A stretch of 64,000 nt of DNA. It comes from a virus. The stretch covers positions 1 through 64,000 of the IMG/VR virus record IMGVR_UViG_3300025276_000001. One strand, 5' to 3'. The notes below the pieces were generated by a model, which was not told the DNA's origin, did no database searches, and was given only the letters and a program-made list of their open reading frames with translations. Position numbers and translations under genes: made by a program. Shown in pieces: positions 47,601 through 55,947 of the stretch (positions are counted from its first letter, which is position 1; every line of letters starts with the position of its first letter).

Positions 47601-50600
47601 GAAGAATTTGATGAATATGCAGCAAGTAACTTTAACAATTTCCCTATAAAGTATTTACAACATATTGCTAATAAGTTAGATTTAACTGAAGTAGAACTTA
47701 ATGAGAAAGAAGCATTAGTATTTGAAGCACAACGTGAAGCAATAGCCGCATTAGCAGCTATAAATCCTCAAACTCCTGCAATAGATAATTCAGAAGTATT
47801 AGAAAGATCTGCACTTGTTGCTGTTAAAGAAAATATAAAAGCTTTAAAAGCTAAATTACAAAAAGGTAAAACTGGAATAGATAAAATTATAGTACTAAAT
47901 GAAAGTGAACAATTTCAAAGACTTTTAAAAAGAAAAGATGAATTAACTGGAGCGGCTAATAAAATTATAGCTGCTATGGAACCTCAAGATATAGAAGATA
48001 TAAATATCTTTTTAGCTTGGGCCAGTAATAATCTTCCGGGTAATATTACTATACAAGACATTGCTTTATTAGGTGACAACTTAAAAGCAGGCGGTGTCAG
48101 AGTTGGTGCATTTGTTTTAAACCTTAGCAACATAGCTGGTGGAGAAACAATTAATGGTACACTATATACTGGAGCTCAGTCTTCACATAGATATCATGAA
48201 GCTTTCCACGGTATATTTAGAATGTTACTTAGTGATGTTGAAATTAACAAGTACTTAGCAATTGCTAAGAAAGAAGTAAGAGCTAAACTAAGAGCTGAAG
48301 GTAAGACTTTAGAATCTGAGTTAAAAATGTTTAGACGTTCAGCTAACACTTATACTAATATGAGTATGAGTAGACTTGAACAAGAGTACTATGAAGAGTA
48401 TTTAGCTGATGAGTTTCAGAAATTTAAAAGAAATCCAAAGAGTAGTAATACTTCTTCAGAAGTTAAATCATTGTTTACAAGAATATTAGATTGGATTAAA
48501 TCTGTATTCACAAGTTATGATACTAAAGAGCTTCAAACATTATTTGATAACATTGATGCAGGTAAATATAGTGACGCTCAAGTAGCATCTAATCAGTTTA
48601 CTAATTTAGGTATTACATTAGAGGCTAATGCAATTATTCCATATTCTGAAAAAGAGGAAACTGCACTAGTGTCAGATACTGAAGGTGTACAAACAAGAAA
48701 GAATAGAACTGGTTTTTTATATTTAGATAGCGTAGTTGCTGATCCATTGGTTGCTTCTATAGCAGCAATGTATTTACAACGTGTTAGTAATAACACAGAT
48801 CCTTTACTTTTAAGATCTACAATGTTACAAGATGTATTAAATGATTTTTATGTATTGTATGATGTTGAATCACCACATAACTTATCTAAGTCTGATAAGC
48901 AAAAGGTGTTACTAGAACAAGCAAGTACTGCAATCATAGAATATAAAGAATCAATTAAAAAACAAGTATACGGAATATTAAATGTTATTGATACTCAAGT
49001 AACAGAAGAAGAATATAATGCTGAGTTTTTTGAAGACAAAGTTGGTTTAAGAACATCAAGTCAATGGAATACTGACGCATCAATGATTGGTGGTATACAA
49101 TCAACACCTAGAGAAGTAAGAGCTTATCTAGCTACTACTACTATTTCTGAGAAAGATTTCTTTGGTAATACAGAGTTAACACCTGGTGAACGTATAATTG
49201 TTCCTGTAAACTTTTCTGAAGTATATAATGGATTATTAAAGTCTGTTAAAAATATTGAAGACCCAAAACTAATGTTGCAGAACATGTACTTCTTTGGTCA
49301 ACAGAATCCACAAACTGGAGCAGCAGTAAGTAGAATTTTAAGTGACATAGGTATATCTGAAGAAGTGTTACTAAGTGATGCGCCTCTTCCTTTACAAATG
49401 AAAAATGCAAAGTTGTTTCAAGCAATTACTAATGCATTTGAAAACTTTAGAATAGATTATTTATTTACTCAAACAGATAACTCTGGTAATGTATTAATGT
49501 ATTCTGCTGCACAAAGGGATGATGTAAACTCTCAGTTAGATAGATGGTCTCAAGCTTGGGGTCAAGCATCTAAAAAACTTTCAGCAGACAAAGCAGTAAA
49601 GGTTCAATTAGAAAGAGTTTTGGATAGTCTTCAAGATTCATTAAATAACAATCAAGAAGAAGTAGGTATAAGTATAATTGACGCTCTTCAAGACAATGGT
49701 TTATTATCAACAGAAGAAAAAACTGCAATATCTGATAAGGCATTAACTGAAATGTCTCAAAAGTTCTCATCTAATATATTTGACTTAACAGGTATAAAGC
49801 TAAGTGCTCAGTTTATTGCATTTAGTATGATTAAAAATAGACAGGTTAAATTCTTAACACCTAAACAAAAGGCATTAATAAATGTCAATGCTCAAGAAAC
49901 TCCTATATCTCAACTTGATATAATTGAAATGAGACGTTTGATAGTAGACAATAGTGATATCTTTAGTGATGGGGATCAAGGAATGAATTCCAGACTTAGA
50001 AGAATGGCTATTGACAATGCACCTTTTGATGAAACAATAGGTCTCTCAGTATTTAAAAACGCTGAAGGTAACTTGGTTTATGCACATCAGAAAGGAACAT
50101 ATCATTTAAAAGAAGTACAAAAGTTAAATGATTTAGCATACTTAGAACAACTTAAAGAACAAGATCCTTATTTAGATAACAATCATCTTTTAAATAATGA
50201 AGCCTTTAAGCAATTATCAAATGACAATCAACAAAGAATATTAAGAATAGCGGGAACTGCAGTTGGTAAGATTAATGCTACTGAAGAAGAAATTAATGAT
50301 AACATATCTGGTATATCTTCAAGATCTACATATGGTAACTTTACTCCTCAAGAGTTTGCACTTAATTTAATAAACTCTTATACCGGATTACTAAATACTA
50401 AATCAGGAAAGGTAAAGTTTGTAGAATACAAAGATGGTAGAACTGGTAAAATGGTTAGGGTAGCATTAACTGCAAGCCTAATAAGAGTTTTAGAATCATC
50501 AAATACTGGAGATCTAATGTACATGCCGGTTGTTAATGCTGTAAGGTATGCAAGTGGTGACAGAGGATCAAGTGTGTTAACTGATGATGTACTTGTAGCT

Positions 50601-53600
50601 TTTACTAATTCTATAAAGACAGAGTATACACGTATACAAAGAGAAAGGTCTGATGCTTCTAATAAAAATGATGTAGTAGGTTATAACAAAACAGAATTTA
50701 ATGAAGAGACTGGTGAAGAAATAATTGGTAGAGCATTTAAATTACATAACTCAGCATTATTATTAGATCCAACAGTTAAAGGTCAATTAGAAGAAATAGC
50801 AAATAGATCTGAAAGTGTTTCATTTGAAGAAGCTTTAAAAGAATTAACTATAACACCTAAGCAATTTAGTAATCAACTTAATCAAATACTAGAAGCACAG
50901 TTTACTGAATTTAAATCTGAACTTGATCAATTAAATATAAGCAGTGAATTAAGTTTCAATGTAAAAAATGGTTTAACTGCAGATGCTAAATTTAGTGAAG
51001 CTGCTGAACTACTTAATTTAAAACAAGATAAAGATTATAACTTAAAGCAAATCTTTTTTAGTGACTGGGTAAATACAAAAGCTATTAATGAAATACTATT
51101 AGGTGATCAAGCTGTAACATTAAAGAATGGTGTAGATGCAATTAAAAGAGCTAAAGCACAAAATGCAGCTACAGTAACTGCAGCAAGTGTTATTGCTGAT
51201 CCAACAGTAGGTGTAATGCATCCAAATCAAAACTTAAGTGCTTTTGTTTTTGAAGAACCAAGAGGTGAATCTTCACTTACAGGTAAATCAATTGATGAAG
51301 CTGATGCGCAAGCATACTACACTCTTAAAGGATTAAGGTATAGTGAGTTTGGTTTTGGTACATTAACTCCAATGCAAGCAGCATTAATTACAAGATTAGA
51401 ACAAGGAGAAGACATTCCTTCTGAAGAAATATTTGGACAGGATGGTTTTGTATCTAATGGAAGCATGATCAATTCTAGAAAGCTAGTTTATGCAGATGGT
51501 AAAACATTTATTAAAATGTCTACGTTTGTGTTGATTCCTGCTTATACTTCTAATCCAGTTAGAGATGATAACGGAAACATTATTGACTGGGTGGCTAAGC
51601 CTAATAGAGTAGCTCTACACAATCTTAGAATGAAGATGGAGGCAGAAGAAGTTCTAACTGAAACAACGTCTATAGCGGCTCCCTTAAGTGCATTTAAAAT
51701 GCTTAAGCAGAACGTATCTTCTTTAGAAGAAATAGAAAATACTGATGATGTCTTTACTGAAAAACCTACTAAGTTAAAAGCTAAGTATCTTGGACTACAA
51801 GTTCCAGGTCCATCAAACAAAATGGAAATGGTTGATCCAACACAGATAAAAAACATAGTTACATCAGAACAGAAAGATGACACACCTATACCAGGAATGC
51901 AAATGAATGGTAAAACTATGACTGTTGGTGATGTAAGAAGAGAATACAATAAAGCTACTAGTCAACGTTTTGAATTGAAGTTTAAAAATAAAAGAAATTT
52001 GACTTTTAGTTTTGAATCAGCAATGAATGAATTAAGCATATCTAAAAAGGTTGGAGCAATAACTCCTAACCTAATGGCATTTTTAAAATTTGCTCAGAGT
52101 GGTTTAAAATCATCTCAATCAAGTAGTAATCAATTAGAATTCTTTAGTACAAAAGATGGAGAGCAACAATATGATTTAAATAATCCTATTACTATAAATA
52201 ACTTTGAGAGTTTATTTTTAAACTATTTAAGTAAAGGAACACTTGCTGAGAAAATACCTGGGCATAGTCTTGTATTAGTATCTGACTTTGGAAGTAATAT
52301 ATACAGAAGAGTATTTAGCTTTGATGAAAATGGTATTCCTGATAGATCAGTAGTAATAAGACAAAAAGAATGGGAAAGCTCAACAGGTATAAACTCTAGT
52401 GTAAATAATACAATTCAAAATTCTACACAAATAGATGGTCAACCAACTTGGAAAGAAGTTAAAGTACCCGCAGAAGGTGTAGTAATTCTTGACCGTTTAA
52501 GATCAGCTGTAAAAGAATATGATAGTAAAGGAGTAGCAACAGGACTTAGGTATACAGAAATGATGATGCCTTCTCACTATGCTGATGTAATGGATATGAT
52601 TGAGAATGATCCAAGTGCATCTATACCAGATGTGATTGCTAAGATGTTTGCAATACGTATACCATCTCAAGATAATCATTCAACTATAAATAGTAAGTTG
52701 GTAGACTTTATGCCTGCAATCTATGGTTCAGTAGGTATGTATTCAAGAGAACTGGTAGAGATATCAGGAGCGGATTTTGATATTGATAAAGTGTTTAGTC
52801 AAATAAAAGAATGGTACATAAAGAACAATGAGTTTGTTGAGTATGGTAAGACTACTAATGAACGTGAAGCATATGAAAACTATATTGAGTATGTAAAAAT
52901 AAAAGTTAGTAGAAAAGGAACAATATACAATGAAGCATACCAACTAAAAGATTCAGACAATCAATCAATTAGAGAAGGTAACCCTTCAGCGGAAGTTGTA
53001 TCTGATGAATTAGGGCCAGTATATGATCCAGCTATTACTGCATTAGAGATGTTAGGTTTACCAATATCATTTGAACAATATAAAGAATACAAAAATAAAA
53101 ACGGTGAACCTTATGAAGCACCACACAGTAATAAAATTTTAGATTATAAGTATGCTCTGATGGGTAATACAGCAGTAACTGAAGAAGCTTTAGTTGGAGA
53201 ACTTCCAATATCATATACTCCGGCAAGTCTAGATATTCTTGAAGATATATGGAAAGAGTTTAGTGATGAGACAGAAGATAGTTCTACTAGATCTGAGTAT
53301 CTAGTTAAGCGTTCTAGAGAAGATAACATTGATATAGATAACTTATTAGGTAAGATAAAAGCTTTTGCTGCAAATAAAGGTGCGGCCATTGGTGCAGTTG
53401 TTTCTCCTAATCAAGCATTGAGTTTACTAACAGAATATAAAATTCCTTTGGGAGGTATAAATGCTCCGGTAATTGAAATAGATGGGGTTACCTTTAATAG
53501 TTTTGAATACTTAAGAGAAAGATTAGCGGATGGTAAACTAGGATTAAGAAAACAAGATATCATTTCTTCTCTGATAACAATGGCAACAGATAATGCTAAA

Positions 53601-55940
53601 GAAAGATTAGTTGCTAAACTAGGCCTAAACAAAGAAGCGTTAGCTTTAGTTACAAATATGGTTGCATTAGGTATGCCTATAAAGACTGCTCTACTGTTAA
53701 TCAATCAACCGTTTATTCAGGACATTTATACTGAAGCAATAAATAAAAAAGAGAAGACTGATCCGGGAGTAGATAGTTTGGTTAAGGCACTACTAAGTGA
53801 TAAGAAATATAAGGATCTTCAAATGGTAGATGTTACATCAGGTATGATGCGTGAAGGTTTGGATGTTGAATTATCTGATGCACAAACAATGTCTATCCTT
53901 CTTACTTTCCAAGAAGCATTAAAGGTCTCTAAGTTTACAAAAAACATGAGAGCTGTTTCTGATTTAACAAATGGTTTAGGAAAAGATATTGCAAGTGTAA
54001 ACTACAAGAGAGAACAAATGGATTTATTGTTTGAAGAAAATGCAATAATGGATCTTTCACCTATCTATAAAAGTGATACATGGCAGTCTAAATACTTAGA
54101 GGTTTTTGATCAGATATATGATGAGTTGTTGCCTGCTACTTTCTTAAGTGCAAGTCCACAGTTTACAGATATTATGGATGAGTTATTAAAAAGTATTGAC
54201 ACACAGAAAATGGAATTTAATTCTGAAGTTCAATCTAAGATTTCTAAAGATTTATTATCATATATAACAATTAAAGCATATCAAAACAATGTAGGTAATG
54301 GAACAACAGCTTCTATTGCTAATTTAAATAATGACTTTTTATATCCATCTGGTAAAAACTCTATCAATAATATAGTAGAGAACTTAAGACTAACAGAAGC
54401 TGGAAAGAATAACTTCTTTTTAGATACGTTTGCTTTAAGTATTCCGGCAAGTGATAAAAGTAACTTTAGTGGAATGAATCTTTTAATGGCTAATACATTT
54501 AGAAGTTTAAATGCATCACAGAAAGTTGATTTACAAACGTCATTTGCTAAATTGTATGGGTCATTAGAAACTAAAGATGATGCATTATCAATCATTAATT
54601 ATATGATGGTGAAGGATGGTCTTCAGTTATCCTATGGTACATTACTAGAAGCAATATCTCCATTTACAATGAGCTCATATTTAGATCATATAGCAACTGC
54701 TAACTTAGCATTGCGTGATAGTTCTGATTCTAAAATGAATGAAGTTTTTGGAATGACACTAGAAGAAATGAAAACAGACTTTAGAGATGGTTACTTACAG
54801 TCTAATATAAATAATGCTTTGCTTAATACTTTCTCAAGCGCAAACAAAGATGTAAATGTAAAAGATGATGTTGTAAGTGTTAAACTTACAAGTCAACTAG
54901 TTACTAAGGATGTTAACTACATCAGAATAAAAACTATTTCAGGTGATACAGCTTTCTATAAGACATATAAGGTAAATGAAGATTTATCTAATAAAGATGT
55001 ACGTACTTTTGAATTGGTTGATACATATGGATCCAACCAACAGAACGGAATAGGTTTTATGTTTGGGCCAAGATCAACATATGCTGAGGTAAGAAACACA
55101 ATTACTGAGCTACATAAAGATCCTATTGAAAGTAATAATCAGTATTCACAAACTGAAGATAGTGATTTATCTCAAAAAGAAAGAGATGTTGAAAAAGTAA
55201 TACAACAAGCTGATGAAGTTGAAATAGTGATTGGATCAGCTAGACAAGGTGGAACAAAAGTAGAAGTAGATGGTAAAAATGTAGCAGATGTAAAACCTGT
55301 TACTGAACAACCTTCTTTTAGAACTATTACATATACACCAACTGGAAAACCTAAACAAGAGTATACTATTGATGGTGATAGAATACTTAATAAAAAAGGT
55401 ATTGAGGTTTTTAAATCAATGAGTAAAGACAGACTTAAGATATTTGCTAATCTAGCTATTAAGGAAGGTAGAGCTAAGGTTGTTACATATAGAGGTAACA
55501 GTTATGTAGTTAATGACAAGAATCAAATAATGTCAGTGCGTACTGGTTTAGAAATGAAGTGGGAGGAAAACAATGGTAATAGAATTGCAGTGTTAAACCT
55601 AGCACAAGATCCACAGAGTATGAACAGACAAGAGTTTGAAGATGCATCTGAGGAAGTTGCAGATGAGTATACTCCTGGTGCTCTATACGGTGCTGCTCTC
55701 CTAGACAATCAAATGACATTGGAGTTTGAAGCAGAAGATAGCGTTAAGCTAACAGAGTTTTGGGATAATGAAGTTGAAAAATATCCAGAAAAAAAGGCTA
55801 TTTTTGCTAATAACAAAATGCCTACTTATAGCAGCATGGTTATGTTTTATAACACACAGAAATTAAAAGGATTCTTTCAAGGAACTGCAGAACAAAGTTC
55901 AGAAGAGGAGTTTATGGAATCATTAAAATGTTTAAGATAA
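41673..55940 (+). CDS. Giant virion protein (4755 aa) containing zincin-like domain and crAss-type virion RNA polymerase
   Basis: RIPSQ..S..ISGADFDIDK catalytic motif (DFDID at 52773-52787, about residue 3701); HEAFH..EEYLADEF zincin motif (48195); TMATDNAKE; hydrophobic Gly-rich N-terminal segments. Confidence 0.9.
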   Translation: MEEVQNNTGLAETIKSQEVPLQEIPKDRPYIPIEEMFNTPEYDEWISSADVAQIQQLQESKLDIDKYSPAAMANLGIARPSQATTTFDPVAQQNPPTLEEEGGFTRLLNEGMNKNLSVLAKEANDNFTVDPVISNIRQTNFKRYYEHPEYADLGFSPFANNEQFYNENSTVWDDYSRMWGQFGSLAGTGFMSGYRSIGDFFTGEGLEADRQSAYEFEDAMAIGNSSRGGAMAWTNNLLLNSGYTMGIISSIALEELVLAGATALSGGALGAPAAIKTGINAAKITKTVSNSFGVGRMANWTRNMLKQLNNADAAKDLYNGANSGRKFLGKIFLPETTAAIRGLKTTANGAQNVTNFAKGAKTFGGFYKDLRSVNYALAESKLESGMVYNQRLRQNLNIANESNFGGEITTEQMEAATSNASEAAFETLIRNAPLIYASNFFVLGNAFGGFNKSFARMANDSYKSIGRRIMRKGAATGADGQVLKNVFSDAGTGLKGLWNRTKNAGVRGGGKALFHSSARYFAANFAEGIQEVGQEAISHGVNHYYESLFRDPMSGGAQLHKQSVNSGMGSQFSGQGLDVFMSGFLMGGVVSGPQKLFFQGVPAVYNFAKGKGAFGAEGAAAVAEQNKTEKEFIDSVVASYNAVAEGVGGVAQSEGKDSVDPGSAFDMTLLNFLIQKQTGAELTGNSYDGNIFGYQDAKDFGTFHNLYQVFSTGGAAQFESMIKDFQKLDDAALLEAFPASKAEIKSGKFRSKFTKMEQNMDKMEVDYNAAKDLFPSPFDSSQMDKGTRAYQDERIKEMSWRHAQYLYMFTKDGFDQALVRSSSIYKRLAADPLFEGMATSDVTVLLSPDSLKNEIRLLKEELSTYEVDEDSKKLNKEIIAAKKGKQTRLEAYLKVVEDPKNQSKDGIYDRRSMTEIERVFDDYIKFIAKSEGSFINKEARREALKDIIDYKALKGRAIVYDRTMEMMANPARFQEILDRNNALHDSYFANIKEEYRKTIEDYVGVVKRNELMNQITNIEGEDVIPHPLYAKMFLQTGDASIFFEGDNSFFFVPEKGRVTKLNNPVLFEKLQSIVSMYEATNVKEAKIAEEKAEADIAEKNRQEVKDVLNDIGVEENLPFSTSSVYNNLLDSKYNAYVATQANLGKAPLTKDEWVNKDGKNFRTAFQALRQVWVANDKLINPNKPLTQNEILDDTKFINWLLSPTGGQVSPEVDLVLQKLEISMFDVTGQKETIQDGAQVQDNIEREVVGQPGLLFAVVEENIEDQETLKKQVVYKIIDLNTQEEVEDAILQRFGSDINIFMTIGEAQATLLSMEKDMGDGKTFEFTEPGIGNDKETSTTLSFGTIVYNKDGDQFIVQSKMDGIINGKDLFLIPIDKVGLSFKAKAEFLVRVPRGGFAGVYSLQEVKNISPESVSRVTLNEIVTPYPYVNKDQSVNPIAARNEDPAKARDRYNAILSILTDEEISQLELVVTIDPLAVEGVSKDYQRKGFEPNPNIRQQVSKYQVGLKAGSIEAQAKIDTLLKDMGLDDSVDPNNIFGFIAIENFKFINTKNGPAIDPSSMSQLELENFINVPQYLKDKLTASEILEMVQKNYATSMVLQGVLDAKMKDQPIGVSVSIPISSLNLDENGKDLGHNISLDLKLGLVDYDNNTKGLNDLEYSSVNENGDYLIYKLEMGSTERSVVPVTNLKEGARDKLIAEVEVQLKKQSLWNELAQGKDGYKAVVLLPNGTYALIPLKAVPLDINELMTETIEAAQKIIEQKDHNSKDGIKGEALKKLRADNKLRSSKLFISSQSGYSISLQVTKWGKIQLELALKQGENYSSVAKVTLSVKDISSDISIADKTKILFDAFNKNAGVQEAGISYTDDNGNLKGIGAKNFRVSFPRTASIAELLAVTTTDVMPKVVNDNNFTLSASSSSIQAQRDMEMTTSGVFQQTESYVDAEGNAIPKGPELRTDSNNKPLVEVSENVEDSLLDLTQEEFDEYAASNFNNFPIKYLQHIANKLDLTEVELNEKEALVFEAQREAIAALAAINPQTPAIDNSEVLERSALVAVKENIKALKAKLQKGKTGIDKIIVLNESEQFQRLLKRKDELTGAANKIIAAMEPQDIEDINIFLAWASNNLPGNITIQDIALLGDNLKAGGVRVGAFVLNLSNIAGGETINGTLYTGAQSSHRYHEAFHGIFRMLLSDVEINKYLAIAKKEVRAKLRAEGKTLESELKMFRRSANTYTNMSMSRLEQEYYEEYLADEFQKFKRNPKSSNTSSEVKSLFTRILDWIKSVFTSYDTKELQTLFDNIDAGKYSDAQVASNQFTNLGITLEANAIIPYSEKEETALVSDTEGVQTRKNRTGFLYLDSVVADPLVASIAAMYLQRVSNNTDPLLLRSTMLQDVLNDFYVLYDVESPHNLSKSDKQKVLLEQASTAIIEYKESIKKQVYGILNVIDTQVTEEEYNAEFFEDKVGLRTSSQWNTDASMIGGIQSTPREVRAYLATTTISEKDFFGNTELTPGERIIVPVNFSEVYNGLLKSVKNIEDPKLMLQNMYFFGQQNPQTGAAVSRILSDIGISEEVLLSDAPLPLQMKNAKLFQAITNAFENFRIDYLFTQTDNSGNVLMYSAAQRDDVNSQLDRWSQAWGQASKKLSADKAVKVQLERVLDSLQDSLNNNQEEVGISIIDALQDNGLLSTEEKTAISDKALTEMSQKFSSNIFDLTGIKLSAQFIAFSMIKNRQVKFLTPKQKALINVNAQETPISQLDIIEMRRLIVDNSDIFSDGDQGMNSRLRRMAIDNAPFDETIGLSVFKNAEGNLVYAHQKGTYHLKEVQKLNDLAYLEQLKEQDPYLDNNHLLNNEAFKQLSNDNQQRILRIAGTAVGKINATEEEINDNISGISSRSTYGNFTPQEFALNLINSYTGLLNTKSGKVKFVEYKDGRTGKMVRVALTASLIRVLESSNTGDLMYMPVVNAVRYASGDRGSSVLTDDVLVAFTNSIKTEYTRIQRERSDASNKNDVVGYNKTEFNEETGEEIIGRAFKLHNSALLLDPTVKGQLEEIANRSESVSFEEALKELTITPKQFSNQLNQILEAQFTEFKSELDQLNISSELSFNVKNGLTADAKFSEAAELLNLKQDKDYNLKQIFFSDWVNTKAINEILLGDQAVTLKNGVDAIKRAKAQNAATVTAASVIADPTVGVMHPNQNLSAFVFEEPRGESSLTGKSIDEADAQAYYTLKGLRYSEFGFGTLTPMQAALITRLEQGEDIPSEEIFGQDGFVSNGSMINSRKLVYADGKTFIKMSTFVLIPAYTSNPVRDDNGNIIDWVAKPNRVALHNLRMKMEAEEVLTETTSIAAPLSAFKMLKQNVSSLEEIENTDDVFTEKPTKLKAKYLGLQVPGPSNKMEMVDPTQIKNIVTSEQKDDTPIPGMQMNGKTMTVGDVRREYNKATSQRFELKFKNKRNLTFSFESAMNELSISKKVGAITPNLMAFLKFAQSGLKSSQSSSNQLEFFSTKDGEQQYDLNNPITINNFESLFLNYLSKGTLAEKIPGHSLVLVSDFGSNIYRRVFSFDENGIPDRSVVIRQKEWESSTGINSSVNNTIQNSTQIDGQPTWKEVKVPAEGVVILDRLRSAVKEYDSKGVATGLRYTEMMMPSHYADVMDMIENDPSASIPDVIAKMFAIRIPSQDNHSTINSKLVDFMPAIYGSVGMYSRELVEISGADFDIDKVFSQIKEWYIKNNEFVEYGKTTNEREAYENYIEYVKIKVSRKGTIYNEAYQLKDSDNQSIREGNPSAEVVSDELGPVYDPAITALEMLGLPISFEQYKEYKNKNGEPYEAPHSNKILDYKYALMGNTAVTEEALVGELPISYTPASLDILEDIWKEFSDETEDSSTRSEYLVKRSREDNIDIDNLLGKIKAFAANKGAAIGAVVSPNQALSLLTEYKIPLGGINAPVIEIDGVTFNSFEYLRERLADGKLGLRKQDIISSLITMATDNAKERLVAKLGLNKEALALVTNMVALGMPIKTALLLINQPFIQDIYTEAINKKEKTDPGVDSLVKALLSDKKYKDLQMVDVTSGMMREGLDVELSDAQTMSILLTFQEALKVSKFTKNMRAVSDLTNGLGKDIASVNYKREQMDLLFEENAIMDLSPIYKSDTWQSKYLEVFDQIYDELLPATFLSASPQFTDIMDELLKSIDTQKMEFNSEVQSKISKDLLSYITIKAYQNNVGNGTTASIANLNNDFLYPSGKNSINNIVENLRLTEAGKNNFFLDTFALSIPASDKSNFSGMNLLMANTFRSLNASQKVDLQTSFAKLYGSLETKDDALSIINYMMVKDGLQLSYGTLLEAISPFTMSSYLDHIATANLALRDSSDSKMNEVFGMTLEEMKTDFRDGYLQSNINNALLNTFSSANKDVNVKDDVVSVKLTSQLVTKDVNYIRIKTISGDTAFYKTYKVNEDLSNKDVRTFELVDTYGSNQQNGIGFMFGPRSTYAEVRNTITELHKDPIESNNQYSQTEDSDLSQKERDVEKVIQQADEVEIVIGSARQGGTKVEVDGKNVADVKPVTEQPSFRTITYTPTGKPKQEYTIDGDRILNKKGIEVFKSMSKDRLKIFANLAIKEGRAKVVTYRGNSYVVNDKNQIMSVRTGLEMKWEENNGNRIAVLNLAQDPQSMNRQEFEDASEEVADEYTPGALYGAALLDNQMTLEFEAEDSVKLTEFWDNEVEKYPEKKAIFANNKMPTYSSMVMFYNTQKLKGFFQGTAEQSSEEEFMESLKCLR

Positions 55941-55947
55941 AATAGAT

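Noticed and set aside
41673-55940. Intein or group I intron in the RNAP gene
   Set aside because: No C/S...HN splice-junction pair or LAGLIDADG motif was recognised and the ORF is uninterrupted; a profile search would be needed to exclude this fully.
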